A DNA stretch of 64,000 nucleotides from positions 128,001 through 192,000 of the forward strand of contig JBNKHE010000005.1 of the NCBI GenBank assembly GCA_050290185.1. The letters are read 5' to 3'. The translations under genes and the position numbers were made by a program. The notes below the pieces were generated by a model that was not told where the DNA came from, searched no databases, and was given only the letters and a program-made list of their open reading frames with translations. The stretch's first letter is position 1. Each line of letters starts with the position of its first letter. This document shows, piece after piece, positions 29,800 through 38,640 of this stretch. The stretch comes from Pontiella sp. GTDB lineage: Bacteria > Verrucomicrobiota > Kiritimatiellia > Kiritimatiellales > Pontiellaceae.

Positions 29800-31980
29800 A
29801 TGAATGAATTTGTTCAACAACGCATAACGGATGCCGAAGCACTGGATATGCTGCAGAATATGTCCACGGCTGAGCTAATGGGCCGCGCCGATGCGATTCG
29901 ACGCGCTCGCCACGGCAATAAAACCTACTATGTCCACAGTCACAACCTCAATCCGACCAACCTGTGCGTGGTCGAATGCAACCTGTGCTCCTTCTGGCGT
30001 CCGGAAGGGGCCAAAGATGCCTACATTACCACCCTCGAAGATGCCCGTAAAAACCTGGAACGCGCCCAGAACTGGAACCTGACCGACCTGCATATCGTCG
30101 GCGGGATGATTCCCGAGCTGGATATTGAATATTACGAAAAGCTGTTTGCGCTCTCCCGAGAAATGCTTCCAGGGGTATTGCTGCAAGGCATGACCGCTGT
30201 GGAAATCCATTGGATTGCCGGCAATGCCGGCATCTCGATCAAGGAATGTCTGCAACGCTTGCAGGCTTGTGGTTTTGGTTCCATTTCCGGTGGCGGGGCG
30301 GAAATCTTCCATCCGGACATCCGCAAAAAGATCGCGACCACCAAAATTCTTGCCCAGCATTGGCTCGATGTACACCGCGAAGCCCATGGACTGGGTATCC
30401 CGACGAACGCCACCATGCTCTTCGGGCATATCGAAGAAGACTGGCATCTGATCGATCACCTTTCCCGACTGCGTGAACTGCAGGATGAGACCGGAGGATT
30501 CCAGGCCGCCATTCCCTTGCCGTTCCAGACCAATGGAACCGCGCTCGGCCTAAAATACGGGCCGTCCGGGGATCGGCAGATCCGTGTTGCAGCCATGACC
30601 CGCATCTACCTCGATAACTTTCCGCATGTCCGCATGCTGGTGAACTACATGGATCGCAAACTGCTCGGAGTTCTGACGCATAGCGGCGTCGACGATATCG
30701 GAGGAACGAGCCTCGAAGAGCGCATCGCCAAGGAAGGTGGCGCACCGCAGAGCCAGAAATTCTTCACCGCACAGGAAATGGAGGATTTTCTTTCCAACCT
30801 TGGACACACCCCGGTTTTGACCAACAGCGTTTATGCACAGGTGGAAGGTCAGCCCGATGTTAGTGCGCTTCCTGCGGCGCCCGTGGTCTCCAGCCGCTGG
30901 AAAACGATTCTCGATCGCGTTGAAGCCGGTGACCGGATCAATGCGGAAGACGCCGCGATTCTTTACCACGACGCTCCATTTCAGGAACTTGGCCGCGTAG
31001 CCGATATCTGCCGTCGCCGAACGGTTCCAGGCGATCTGGCCACCTATGTGTTCGACAAGAACCTGAACACGACCAATGTGTGCGTGGTGGATTGCAAGTT
31101 CTGCGCATTCTACACCAAGCAGGAAAAAGACAATGCCTACGTCAAGAGTCCGGAGGAGATTGTCGAACAAGTCAAGGCGGCGGCCGAAGCGGGTGCCACC
31201 CAGATTCTGATTCAGGGCGGGCTGCATCCTGATTTGAAACTCGACTATTACGAAGCGTGCCTGTCGGGTATCCGCGACAACGTCGATATCTGGATCCATT
31301 CCCTTTCGCCGACCGAAATTGAATTCATGGCCAAGATGGAACACATCTCCATCAAGGAATGTCTGCAACGCCTGAAGGATGCCGGATTGCAGTCCTTGCC
31401 GGGCGGTGGGGCGGAAATCCTCAATGATGAGGTCCGAAAACGGATCAGCCCGAAAAAGACGCGCTCCAAGGCGTGGCTGGATTTAATGGAAGATGCGCAT
31501 TCCATTGGGCTCAAGACGACCGCCACCATGGTTTATGGCTTTGGCGAAACCTATGAACAGCGCATTGAACATTTGATGAAGGTGCGCGACCTGCAGGATA
31601 AGACCGGTGGGTTTACGGCCTTCATTCCGTGGAGCTTTTCCCCGGACCATACCGATCTGGAATGTCCCCGCTTGCAGAACGGCGTGGATTATTTAAGGCT
31701 TATCGCGATGGCACGCATCATTCTCGACAATGTGCCGCATCTTCAGGCGGGATGGGTGACCGAAGGCCCCGACGTTTCCCAGCTGGCGCTTCAGTTTGGT
31801 GCCGACGACTATGGCGGAGTGCTGATGACCGAAGAGGTGGTAAGTGCCACGGGCGTGGACTACAAGGTAGACGAAGCGTTGGTCATACATCTCATTCGCG
31901 AGGCCGGTTGGGTGCCGGCCCAGCGGACGACGCAATATGATTTGATCAAGATTCACAGCGAAGAAATGATAGGAGCGTGA
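29800..31980 (+). CDS. Fused double radical-SAM protein: MqnE-like N half plus MqnC-like C half (futalosine menaquinone pathway; CofH family)
   Basis: Two CxxxCxxC motifs (CVVECNLC, CVVDCKFC), each followed by GGGAEI and ATM; C half has LIQGG, AFIPW, FGADDYG and AQRTTQY. Confidence 0.8.
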   Translation: MNEFVQQRITDAEALDMLQNMSTAELMGRADAIRRARHGNKTYYVHSHNLNPTNLCVVECNLCSFWRPEGAKDAYITTLEDARKNLERAQNWNLTDLHIVGGMIPELDIEYYEKLFALSREMLPGVLLQGMTAVEIHWIAGNAGISIKECLQRLQACGFGSISGGGAEIFHPDIRKKIATTKILAQHWLDVHREAHGLGIPTNATMLFGHIEEDWHLIDHLSRLRELQDETGGFQAAIPLPFQTNGTALGLKYGPSGDRQIRVAAMTRIYLDNFPHVRMLVNYMDRKLLGVLTHSGVDDIGGTSLEERIAKEGGAPQSQKFFTAQEMEDFLSNLGHTPVLTNSVYAQVEGQPDVSALPAAPVVSSRWKTILDRVEAGDRINAEDAAILYHDAPFQELGRVADICRRRTVPGDLATYVFDKNLNTTNVCVVDCKFCAFYTKQEKDNAYVKSPEEIVEQVKAAAEAGATQILIQGGLHPDLKLDYYEACLSGIRDNVDIWIHSLSPTEIEFMAKMEHISIKECLQRLKDAGLQSLPGGGAEILNDEVRKRISPKKTRSKAWLDLMEDAHSIGLKTTATMVYGFGETYEQRIEHLMKVRDLQDKTGGFTAFIPWSFSPDHTDLECPRLQNGVDYLRLIAMARIILDNVPHLQAGWVTEGPDVSQLALQFGADDYGGVLMTEEVVSATGVDYKVDEALVIHLIREAGWVPAQRTTQYDLIKIHSEEMIGA

Positions 31981-32050
31981 TTGGTGACGATTGATTTCTG
32001 ATCTTTCCTGCTTATCGAAAAAGGTCACGACTCATAAATCACACATCACG
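31978..32050. repeat. Heptamer-period inverted repeat
   Basis: TGA at 31978/31985/31992/31999; TCA at 32025/32032/32039/32046. Confidence 0.7.
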
Positions 32051-32056
32051 AAAAAC

Positions 32057-32416
32057 ATGGCAAAAAACGTTTTAGGAACAGCATTGATTACTTGCAGCGA
32101 GGATCCGATGACCGGGTTCTTCCGCAATGGAAAGTGCGATACTCGCGCAGAGGATCAGGGCATGCACACCATATGCGTCCTCATGACGGACGAGTTTCTG
32201 GAGTTTTCGCGTGAGCAAGGAAATGATCTTTCCACGCCCATTCCAGAATTTGGTTTTCCCGGACTATCAGGTGGCGACTATTGGTGCCTCTGCCTGTCCC
32301 GCTGGATTCAAGCCTATGAAAAAGGAATGGCGCCTAAGGTAAAGTTGGAATCCACCCACGCCTCCGTCCTTGAATTCATTGAGTTGCACCGGTTGCAGGA
32401 ATACGCCGTCCGTTGA
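32057..32416 (+). CDS. DUF2237 family protein
   Basis: NVLG..L..CS.DPMTGFFRNG.C, GNDLSTP and WCLC motifs. Confidence 0.88.
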   Translation: MAKNVLGTALITCSEDPMTGFFRNGKCDTRAEDQGMHTICVLMTDEFLEFSREQGNDLSTPIPEFGFPGLSGGDYWCLCLSRWIQAYEKGMAPKVKLESTHASVLEFIELHRLQEYAVR

Positions 32417-32424
32417 TTGCCTTT

Positions 32425-32522
32425 TTGAGTGCGGCGGAAATCGAAGGGCCACGCCGCTTTCTAAACGGAAGGCCGATGCCGAGAAAATCGGTGTCGCACG
32501 GCGTTTGCCGCCGCAGTCCAAA
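32425..32522. repeat. REP-like palindromic element between convergent genes (possible bidirectional terminator)
   Basis: GAGTGCGGCGGAAA...CGCCGCTTT...AATCGGTGTCG...TTGCCGCCGCAGTCC, nested inverted repeats. Confidence 0.65.
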
Positions 32523-32530
32523 TTTTATTT

Positions 32531-34294
32531 TTAAAACAACCCGGTTACCTTGCCCGTTTCCACATCCACATCGATGCGGCGGAAGCCGGGATTCGAGCCG
32601 GTTCCAGGCATCAGTTTAATGTCTCCGGCCACAGGCACGACAAATCCGGCTCCCTTGTAGATCAATACATCACGAATCGGCAAACGCCATCCTTTCGGAG
32701 CGCCTTTAAAGTCCGGATCGTGCGAGAGGCTCAGATGCGTCTTGACCATACAGATGCCCATGCGGGCCGCCTCGGGGTCGCCTTGGTACTGCGCGATCTT
32801 TCTTTCAGCTTCGGGGGACCAATCGACGCCGCTGGCGCCATAAAGCTCATCGGCAATTAGCGAAACCCGTTGCTTGAGCGGAAGGTCCAGATCGTAGAGG
32901 TAGTCGAACTGATTTTCCTCTTCACAGGCCTCCACAACGGCTTCGGCCAATTCGATCGCCCCTTCGCCGCCTTTTAACCAGTGCTCGGAAACCGCACATC
33001 GCGCACCCTGCTCTTCGGAAATGCGACGGATCAGATCATGTTCGGCATCGGTATCGGTATGGAATCCGTTAATGCAGACGACAGGAATGGAACCACTGCG
33101 TTGAACGGTGCGGATGTGGGCAACGAGGTTACTGCATCCCTTTTCCAGCAGGCCGAGATTTTCTTCAAGATAGGCGGGATCGAGCGGCTTGCCCGGTTTG
33201 ACGATTGGGCCACCTCCGTGCATCTTGAGCGCGCGCACGGTGGCCACGATCACGACGGCGTCGGGTTTGAGACCCGAACAGCGGCATTTAAGGTTCCAGA
33301 ATTTTTCGAACCCGATATCCGCGCCGAAGCCGCTTTCGGTGACGAGATAGTCGCCCATGCGGACGCCAAGCAGGTCGGCGATGACCGAACTTTGGCCGAT
33401 GGCGATATTGGCAAACGGACCGGCGTGTACAAGGACAGGATTTCCTTCAATGGTCTGCACCAGATTCGGATTGATCGCTTCGAGCATGAGTGCCGTCATG
33501 GCGCCGTCTACCTCAAGATCGGCAGTCGTCACTTCGTCTCCGTTGCGACTGTAGGCCACCACCATTTTCCCAATGCGTTCGCGCATATCTTTCAAACTGT
33601 TGGAAACCGCCAGAATGGCCATTAGCTCGCTGGAAACGGAAATCTGGAAGCCGGAGTCCATCTCGTAGCCATCCATCTTCCCGCCTTTTCCAATGGTAAT
33701 GTTGCGCAGCGACTGAGCACAAAAATCAATGCTCCATTTGATTTGAACGCGTTCCGGATCAATGTCCAAACGTTTGATCCCAATGGAGTCGAGCCGCTCG
33801 TCGTCATAGTTGTTTTCGTGCTGCATACGGGCTGTCAGGGCCACCATGCAGAGGTTATGCGCATTAGTAATGGCATCGATATCCCCGGTCAATCCGAGCG
33901 AAAATGGAGCAAGCGGTATACATTGGGCCAGGCCGCCACCGGCGGCAGAACCCTTGATATTGAAGGTCGGCCCACCGCTGGGCTGACGGATAGCGCCGAC
34001 CGGTTTTTTGCCGATTCTGCCCAGTCCCTCGACAAGTCCCATGGTGGTGGTCGTCTTCCCTTCGCCTAGCGGGGTGGGGGTTATCGCGGTGACATCGACA
34101 TACTTCCCAACGGGCAGATCCTTCACGCGCTGCCAGGTTTTGGTGTAGTCGATTTTGGCGACATTTCGTCCACGCGGGATCAGTTCTCCGGGCATTAAAC
34201 CGAGCTTTTCGGCAATCTGTTCGATGGGAAGAATATTCTGTTCGGCGGCTTCGGCAATCTGCCAGTCCGCCATCTGGGTTGGATCAAGATTCAT
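32531..34294 (-). CDS. fhs: Formate--tetrahydrofolate ligase
   Basis: [35 protein letters not shown] and VATVRALK motifs. Confidence 0.96.
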   Translation of the reverse strand: MNLDPTQMADWQIAEAAEQNILPIEQIAEKLGLMPGELIPRGRNVAKIDYTKTWQRVKDLPVGKYVDVTAITPTPLGEGKTTTTMGLVEGLGRIGKKPVGAIRQPSGGPTFNIKGSAAGGGLAQCIPLAPFSLGLTGDIDAITNAHNLCMVALTARMQHENNYDDERLDSIGIKRLDIDPERVQIKWSIDFCAQSLRNITIGKGGKMDGYEMDSGFQISVSSELMAILAVSNSLKDMRERIGKMVVAYSRNGDEVTTADLEVDGAMTALMLEAINPNLVQTIEGNPVLVHAGPFANIAIGQSSVIADLLGVRMGDYLVTESGFGADIGFEKFWNLKCRCSGLKPDAVVIVATVRALKMHGGGPIVKPGKPLDPAYLEENLGLLEKGCSNLVAHIRTVQRSGSIPVVCINGFHTDTDAEHDLIRRISEEQGARCAVSEHWLKGGEGAIELAEAVVEACEEENQFDYLYDLDLPLKQRVSLIADELYGASGVDWSPEAERKIAQYQGDPEAARMGICMVKTHLSLSHDPDFKGAPKGWRLPIRDVLIYKGAGFVVPVAGDIKLMPGTGSNPGFRRIDVDVETGKVTGLF

Positions 34295-34427
34295 ACGGTC
34301 ATGCCCTTATGTTTATACATGGTAATATACCTTTCAAATCTACAGCCGAATGGCTGATTAACCAACGAAAATCATGTCCATGAAACTCTTCCAGAAAATG
34401 GAGATCCAGCGGGCGAGTCTCATCTAC

Positions 34428-34452
34428 AAAAAAAAGTGCGGCGAACCGCACC
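34428..34452 (-). terminator. Intrinsic terminator about 135 nt upstream of fhs
   Basis: Minus strand GTGCGG-TTCG-CCGCAC followed by T8. Confidence 0.8.
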
Positions 34453-34724
34453 TTGTACTTGCCCCGGGGAGGCTTTAATTTCGATTTAGTAGTTGATGAT
34501 TGCCGGCGCGAGACTCGCGGAATGGAGGCTGCCGCGCAATCCGTCCACAACACTGAATCGACTGATTTCAACTAGGTGGCCCAGATGGGGCCGAGTTCGG
34601 GGAATCGGCAGGGAATAGCGTTAGTCGTGGATACGTAGAGGGAGAAAAGATCGATTCAGCTTTTCATGCGTCCTCATTTGTAAGGATCGTAGAAATCGGC
34701 AAAAAACCGAAAAGAATTAATTCA

Positions 34725-36548
34725 TCAAAAGGAGTTCTGCTTATGTTCAAGGATCCGTTCCTGCCGATCGCGCAGTATTTCCTTGTTGGTCCAGACGCCG
34801 TAGGGATCGCAATAGGGCAGGCCGCGCGTGGTTTCGCGGATCGTTTTCAGTTCATCATCGGGTAGGGGAATTTCGATGTCTTCCGCCCGCATAGCTGCAA
34901 TTGTTCCGCCACGTTGCCGGCCAACCGGCGTGGTTTCTCCCACGAAAAAGCCGGCTTCCAGCAATCCCGCCCGCACCGGGATTGCGGCGCAATAGGTCAG
35001 CAACACGGCATCGGGTTTCATCACGCATTTTAGTTTGCGGAAAAAATCCACGGTCCAAAGTTCACTGTTGCGCTGGGTGGAAAAGGCGTCGAGGAAGACG
35101 AGGTCGAAATTGGACGTGGCTAGTTTGGTGATGGTGTGGCGCGCATCGCCCCAGTGAAGCATTGCCGATTGCCGATTGCTGATTTCCGATTGGCCATACA
35201 GATAAAGTTCTTCAAGAAACCGTTTCCAGTCGAAGGTGTCGGTTTTCAGCGTTTGGATGTTTTTAGCAGCGGCTCCCACCACGCGCCGATCCATTTCGAG
35301 AGCGGTGATTGATAGTCCTGGAGGGACGACGTCCTCGTCGTCCGCGGACAGCGGGGACGTTGTCGCTCCGGTTTTTCTCCCTCCAACCGCAAGGTTCATC
35401 GCGCAAAGGCTGTTGTAGCCCAATCCGAAACAGACATCCAGCAACTGGACATCGCCTTGCGCCAACCGCTCCTTGAGCTGGCTCGGCACGATATATTTTT
35501 CCTCTGCCTCCATTCGCGCGCCGGCCGGCGTGTGGTAGTGCTCCTTGTACTCCTCGTTCCAGAAGGTCACAGAGCCATCTTCGGTTTCGACGGATTTGAG
35601 CGATGTGCAAGGCCGGCAAGATGCCGGCGATACGTTCCGCAGGCTTCCAGCCTGTAAATCCCCTTGCCGCCATTCCCTGCAGATCATCTGCTGGATGACA
35701 TAGTCCTTGAACTGTCCCTTGGCCATGTGCCATTTCGGGGCGATGAGTTCTTCGTCGAGGGTGTCGGTCGTGAGCCGCATGATCGGAATGTGAGGCGGCA
35801 TCCGGCGGATGAAATCTATCAGGTGTTCGGCGAAATCGTATTCCATCAGAACAGGCAGGGGCGATAGCGCATGTTCCAGCGCCAACGTGGTTCCTTTTTC
35901 AATATGGAGATTGTGAATCTTGACCGCGTCGATCGGTAGCGCGGCCAACGTGACGGCCGTTTTTTGGAAATCCTCCGCAGTTTCCCCCGGCAGACCGAGG
36001 ATGGCGTGGACGGCGACTTTGATTCCTAGTTCATGTAGTTTCTGGATCGCTAGTTCGCTCGAAGCCCAATCGTGGCCGCGATTGACGCGTTCCAAGGTTT
36101 TGTCGTGTACGGTCTGGACGCCCAGCTCGACCCACACCTCGATATGCTTGTTGAGCTCGACGAGAAAATCGTATGCCTGCGGCGTAAGGCAATCGGGGCG
36201 CGTGCCGATGCTCACGGCAGTGAAGTCGAACGCATCGAGCAGGTCGAGATACATGGGTTGCTGGCTCTCGCCGAACGTGGCTGAAAACGCCTGGATGTAG
36301 GCCATGAATTTTTTCGCGCCGTAGCGCTCGCGCGCAAAGCGAATCGCTTCGGCCATTTGTTCCTCAACGGTGTTCTTTCCGATGGTTTGCACCGCCGCCG
36401 ACCCGCGTACATTGCAGAAGGTGCAACCGCCGGAACCATCGAGTTCCCGGTTGGGACAGCCTAGGTTGAAATCGATTGGAACGCGAAAGAGCGGCTCGCC
36501 GTAACGCTCTCGCATGAATTCTTTGTATTGGAGGTAAGGGGATTGCAT
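34725..36548 (-). CDS. Fusion of TIGR01212 radical SAM (YhcC/YtqA) and MnmC-type methyltransferase (MnmD) domain
   Basis: CPNR.(x5)GGCTFC, GTRPDC, VELGVQT, GLPGE; C half DGSVTFW..EYKEHYH, DVCFGLGYN, FLDAFS...NSELW, L.TYCAA. Confidence 0.85.
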   Translation of the reverse strand: MQSPYLQYKEFMRERYGEPLFRVPIDFNLGCPNRELDGSGGCTFCNVRGSAAVQTIGKNTVEEQMAEAIRFARERYGAKKFMAYIQAFSATFGESQQPMYLDLLDAFDFTAVSIGTRPDCLTPQAYDFLVELNKHIEVWVELGVQTVHDKTLERVNRGHDWASSELAIQKLHELGIKVAVHAILGLPGETAEDFQKTAVTLAALPIDAVKIHNLHIEKGTTLALEHALSPLPVLMEYDFAEHLIDFIRRMPPHIPIMRLTTDTLDEELIAPKWHMAKGQFKDYVIQQMICREWRQGDLQAGSLRNVSPASCRPCTSLKSVETEDGSVTFWNEEYKEHYHTPAGARMEAEEKYIVPSQLKERLAQGDVQLLDVCFGLGYNSLCAMNLAVGGRKTGATTSPLSADDEDVVPPGLSITALEMDRRVVGAAAKNIQTLKTDTFDWKRFLEELYLYGQSEISNRQSAMLHWGDARHTITKLATSNFDLVFLDAFSTQRNSELWTVDFFRKLKCVMKPDAVLLTYCAAIPVRAGLLEAGFFVGETTPVGRQRGGTIAAMRAEDIEIPLPDDELKTIRETTRGLPYCDPYGVWTNKEILRDRQERILEHKQNSF

Positions 36549-36579
36549 GGCGGGAATGTGCCGTAGTCCGTCGCACCGA

Positions 36580-38601
36580 TCAATTCCCAATAACCGCCGA
36601 AAAGCAAATCCGGCCATCGTCGGTTTCACGGGCCGTGACGCTGAGTTCTAGGTTTGGACTAAGCTGTCGGGCCCACCCCTCATCGCGGGCCGTCCATCGT
36701 CCGTTTTCCAGTTGACCCGGACGGGCCGTCCACGATTTCCCAAACTCCCGCTGGTTCGTCATGGACAGTCTCCAATGCGCCCTGGGATCATCGGCAGAAA
36801 AACCAGTGGTTGGCCCTGATGTTGCCTCCTCGAAGACCCTGAACACGCACGTGCGAAGCGAATTTCCGGAATCAGCTTCGCGGTCGTCTCCCCCATACTC
36901 GTAAAAGCCGAAGGACTCGTTGAGAGCGACTGTGCACGTGATATTGGTGGATTGAAGGGCGATGGGAATCAAGCCGATCGACTGCAGCACCGAGTCCGTG
37001 AGTGGTAGATCTTCCAACTTGTCTACACCCAGATCCTTCCCGAGTTTGTTCAAATTCTGCTGATTATCGTTTGGGTTCTGCAACAGGCGGTCCATGGCCA
37101 CGGCCCGGGCCAGCATATCAATGGCCCGCACTTGGTCATCTCTGCTTTTCCAGATCCGTGCCATTTCCATACAGGCTCTGACCGAGCATGGCTTGGCCTC
37201 GATCAAGTGGTTTTCGTATCGTTTTCGGAAGTCGTCGGTGTTTGGCCGGTTAAGGTATTGTTGCGAAAACGCCAACAGCAGTTCGACCGCTGTGGATTTA
37301 GTATTCAGCAGCGACTCGGCGGCCTGCAGAATTTCATCCTCGTTGAATGGCCGGAAATAGCAGGCCGTCATGACATCCGATTCCTTCCGTTCATACATGC
37401 CGGTGCTGGGTGGCTTGGTCTGGCGTATTAGCAGCAGATGTTCTCCATCATGGTTGAGTTCCAACGGGGTGGGGTAGCTGGAATCGAGATAGTCGTCGCT
37501 CCCGTTCCAACCTTCTTTTTCAAGGGCATTTTGAACGGCCTGCATGGCTTCATGCATGGGGCGCTCGTCGCGGTAGCTCCAGATCGTCATGTTATGGAAC
37601 AGGAAGCCGCATCCGCTTAGCTTGCTGATCACTTCCCGGTTCGCCTCAAAGGGCATCGTCGGCGCCGGTGAATAATTACCGTAGAATGCGTCGGGCATGC
37701 GTGGAAGAAGGCCGTTTTCATCGGCGGTTTGCGTGAGTGGTTTCAAGAGCTGATCACAGATGCTTTTACCGATGGCCTTGGCTTCGTCATCATGCACGGC
37801 CGATCCGGATTCGATGCCGGAGATCACACCTTTGTAGTTCACCGTGATGTTCTGGCTCAAGTCGACGAGCGGAATGTGGAAATTGTACGGAAAGTCCAGA
37901 TGATCGACCCCGCCGAATGCATTGCCGGAACAGGTGATGACGGCTTCCACGGCCCGGCCCGCCGGTCGTATGGATTGAGCATATGAAGGCATGTCGAGCC
38001 GCAGGTAATAGGAGGGAAGCAGGGCGCCGGGTTCGGGCGCAGAGCCCGCTGGATAGTACACCACTTCATCCACCATGGGCAGTCCGATCAGGGCCTGCTG
38101 GAGGAGATGCGCCGTTTTGATCATGAGGGGGTGGTCGCTGTCGTTCAGAATCGCGATGCGGCGGATATCCAACAATGCATTGGCCGGCACCGCCTTGCTG
38201 CTGGTTGCCGACGTATTGATCTGCGATTCACACGTGGTGGTCTTGAAGCCGGTCGGGCTTTGCTGCACAGGATCGCCTTTTCTGGCGGTAACGATATGGT
38301 CCGATGGTTTGGTTAGATGCAGTTCAAGAAACGTCACGATGACGGCGGACATGCCGAATACGATAATGCGGGAGCGAATCAGGTGTTTAGGTTTGTGTCC
38401 GGTCGGGCGAAGGAATACCCCAAACACGACATAGAGCAGTGTCATGAGCGGGTTGAACAGCAGGAAGGTCAGCCCCCACCACACCTTGGTCCCAAAATGG
38501 TTGTTCAGCACGGGGTAGAACGCCTTGCAACGGACCCAGTGAACAAGCAGGGCTATCCAGATCAGCAGGTAGGCTCCTCCGAGAAGTTTAATGAATGACA
38601 T
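36580..38601 (-). CDS. Hypothetical membrane protein with large extracytoplasmic domain (paralog A)
   Basis: Three N-terminal TM segments; shares motifs with 38641-40635. Confidence 0.7.
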   Translation of the reverse strand: MSFIKLLGGAYLLIWIALLVHWVRCKAFYPVLNNHFGTKVWWGLTFLLFNPLMTLLYVVFGVFLRPTGHKPKHLIRSRIIVFGMSAVIVTFLELHLTKPSDHIVTARKGDPVQQSPTGFKTTTCESQINTSATSSKAVPANALLDIRRIAILNDSDHPLMIKTAHLLQQALIGLPMVDEVVYYPAGSAPEPGALLPSYYLRLDMPSYAQSIRPAGRAVEAVITCSGNAFGGVDHLDFPYNFHIPLVDLSQNITVNYKGVISGIESGSAVHDDEAKAIGKSICDQLLKPLTQTADENGLLPRMPDAFYGNYSPAPTMPFEANREVISKLSGCGFLFHNMTIWSYRDERPMHEAMQAVQNALEKEGWNGSDDYLDSSYPTPLELNHDGEHLLLIRQTKPPSTGMYERKESDVMTACYFRPFNEDEILQAAESLLNTKSTAVELLLAFSQQYLNRPNTDDFRKRYENHLIEAKPCSVRACMEMARIWKSRDDQVRAIDMLARAVAMDRLLQNPNDNQQNLNKLGKDLGVDKLEDLPLTDSVLQSIGLIPIALQSTNITCTVALNESFGFYEYGGDDREADSGNSLRTCVFRVFEEATSGPTTGFSADDPRAHWRLSMTNQREFGKSWTARPGQLENGRWTARDEGWARQLSPNLELSVTARETDDGRICFSAVIGN

Positions 38602-38640
38602 GAGACTTTTCCTGTTTTGCGAACAGATCGCTGGATGCAC

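Noticed and set aside
34299..34571. 90-aa minus-strand ORF upstream of fhs
   Set aside because: TTG start, runs through an intrinsic terminator, and has no recognisable features.
34572..34667. Selenoprotein by readthrough of the MKS-TGA mini-ORF
   Set aside because: The product would be only 31 aa with no redox motif, and no convincing SECIS element follows.
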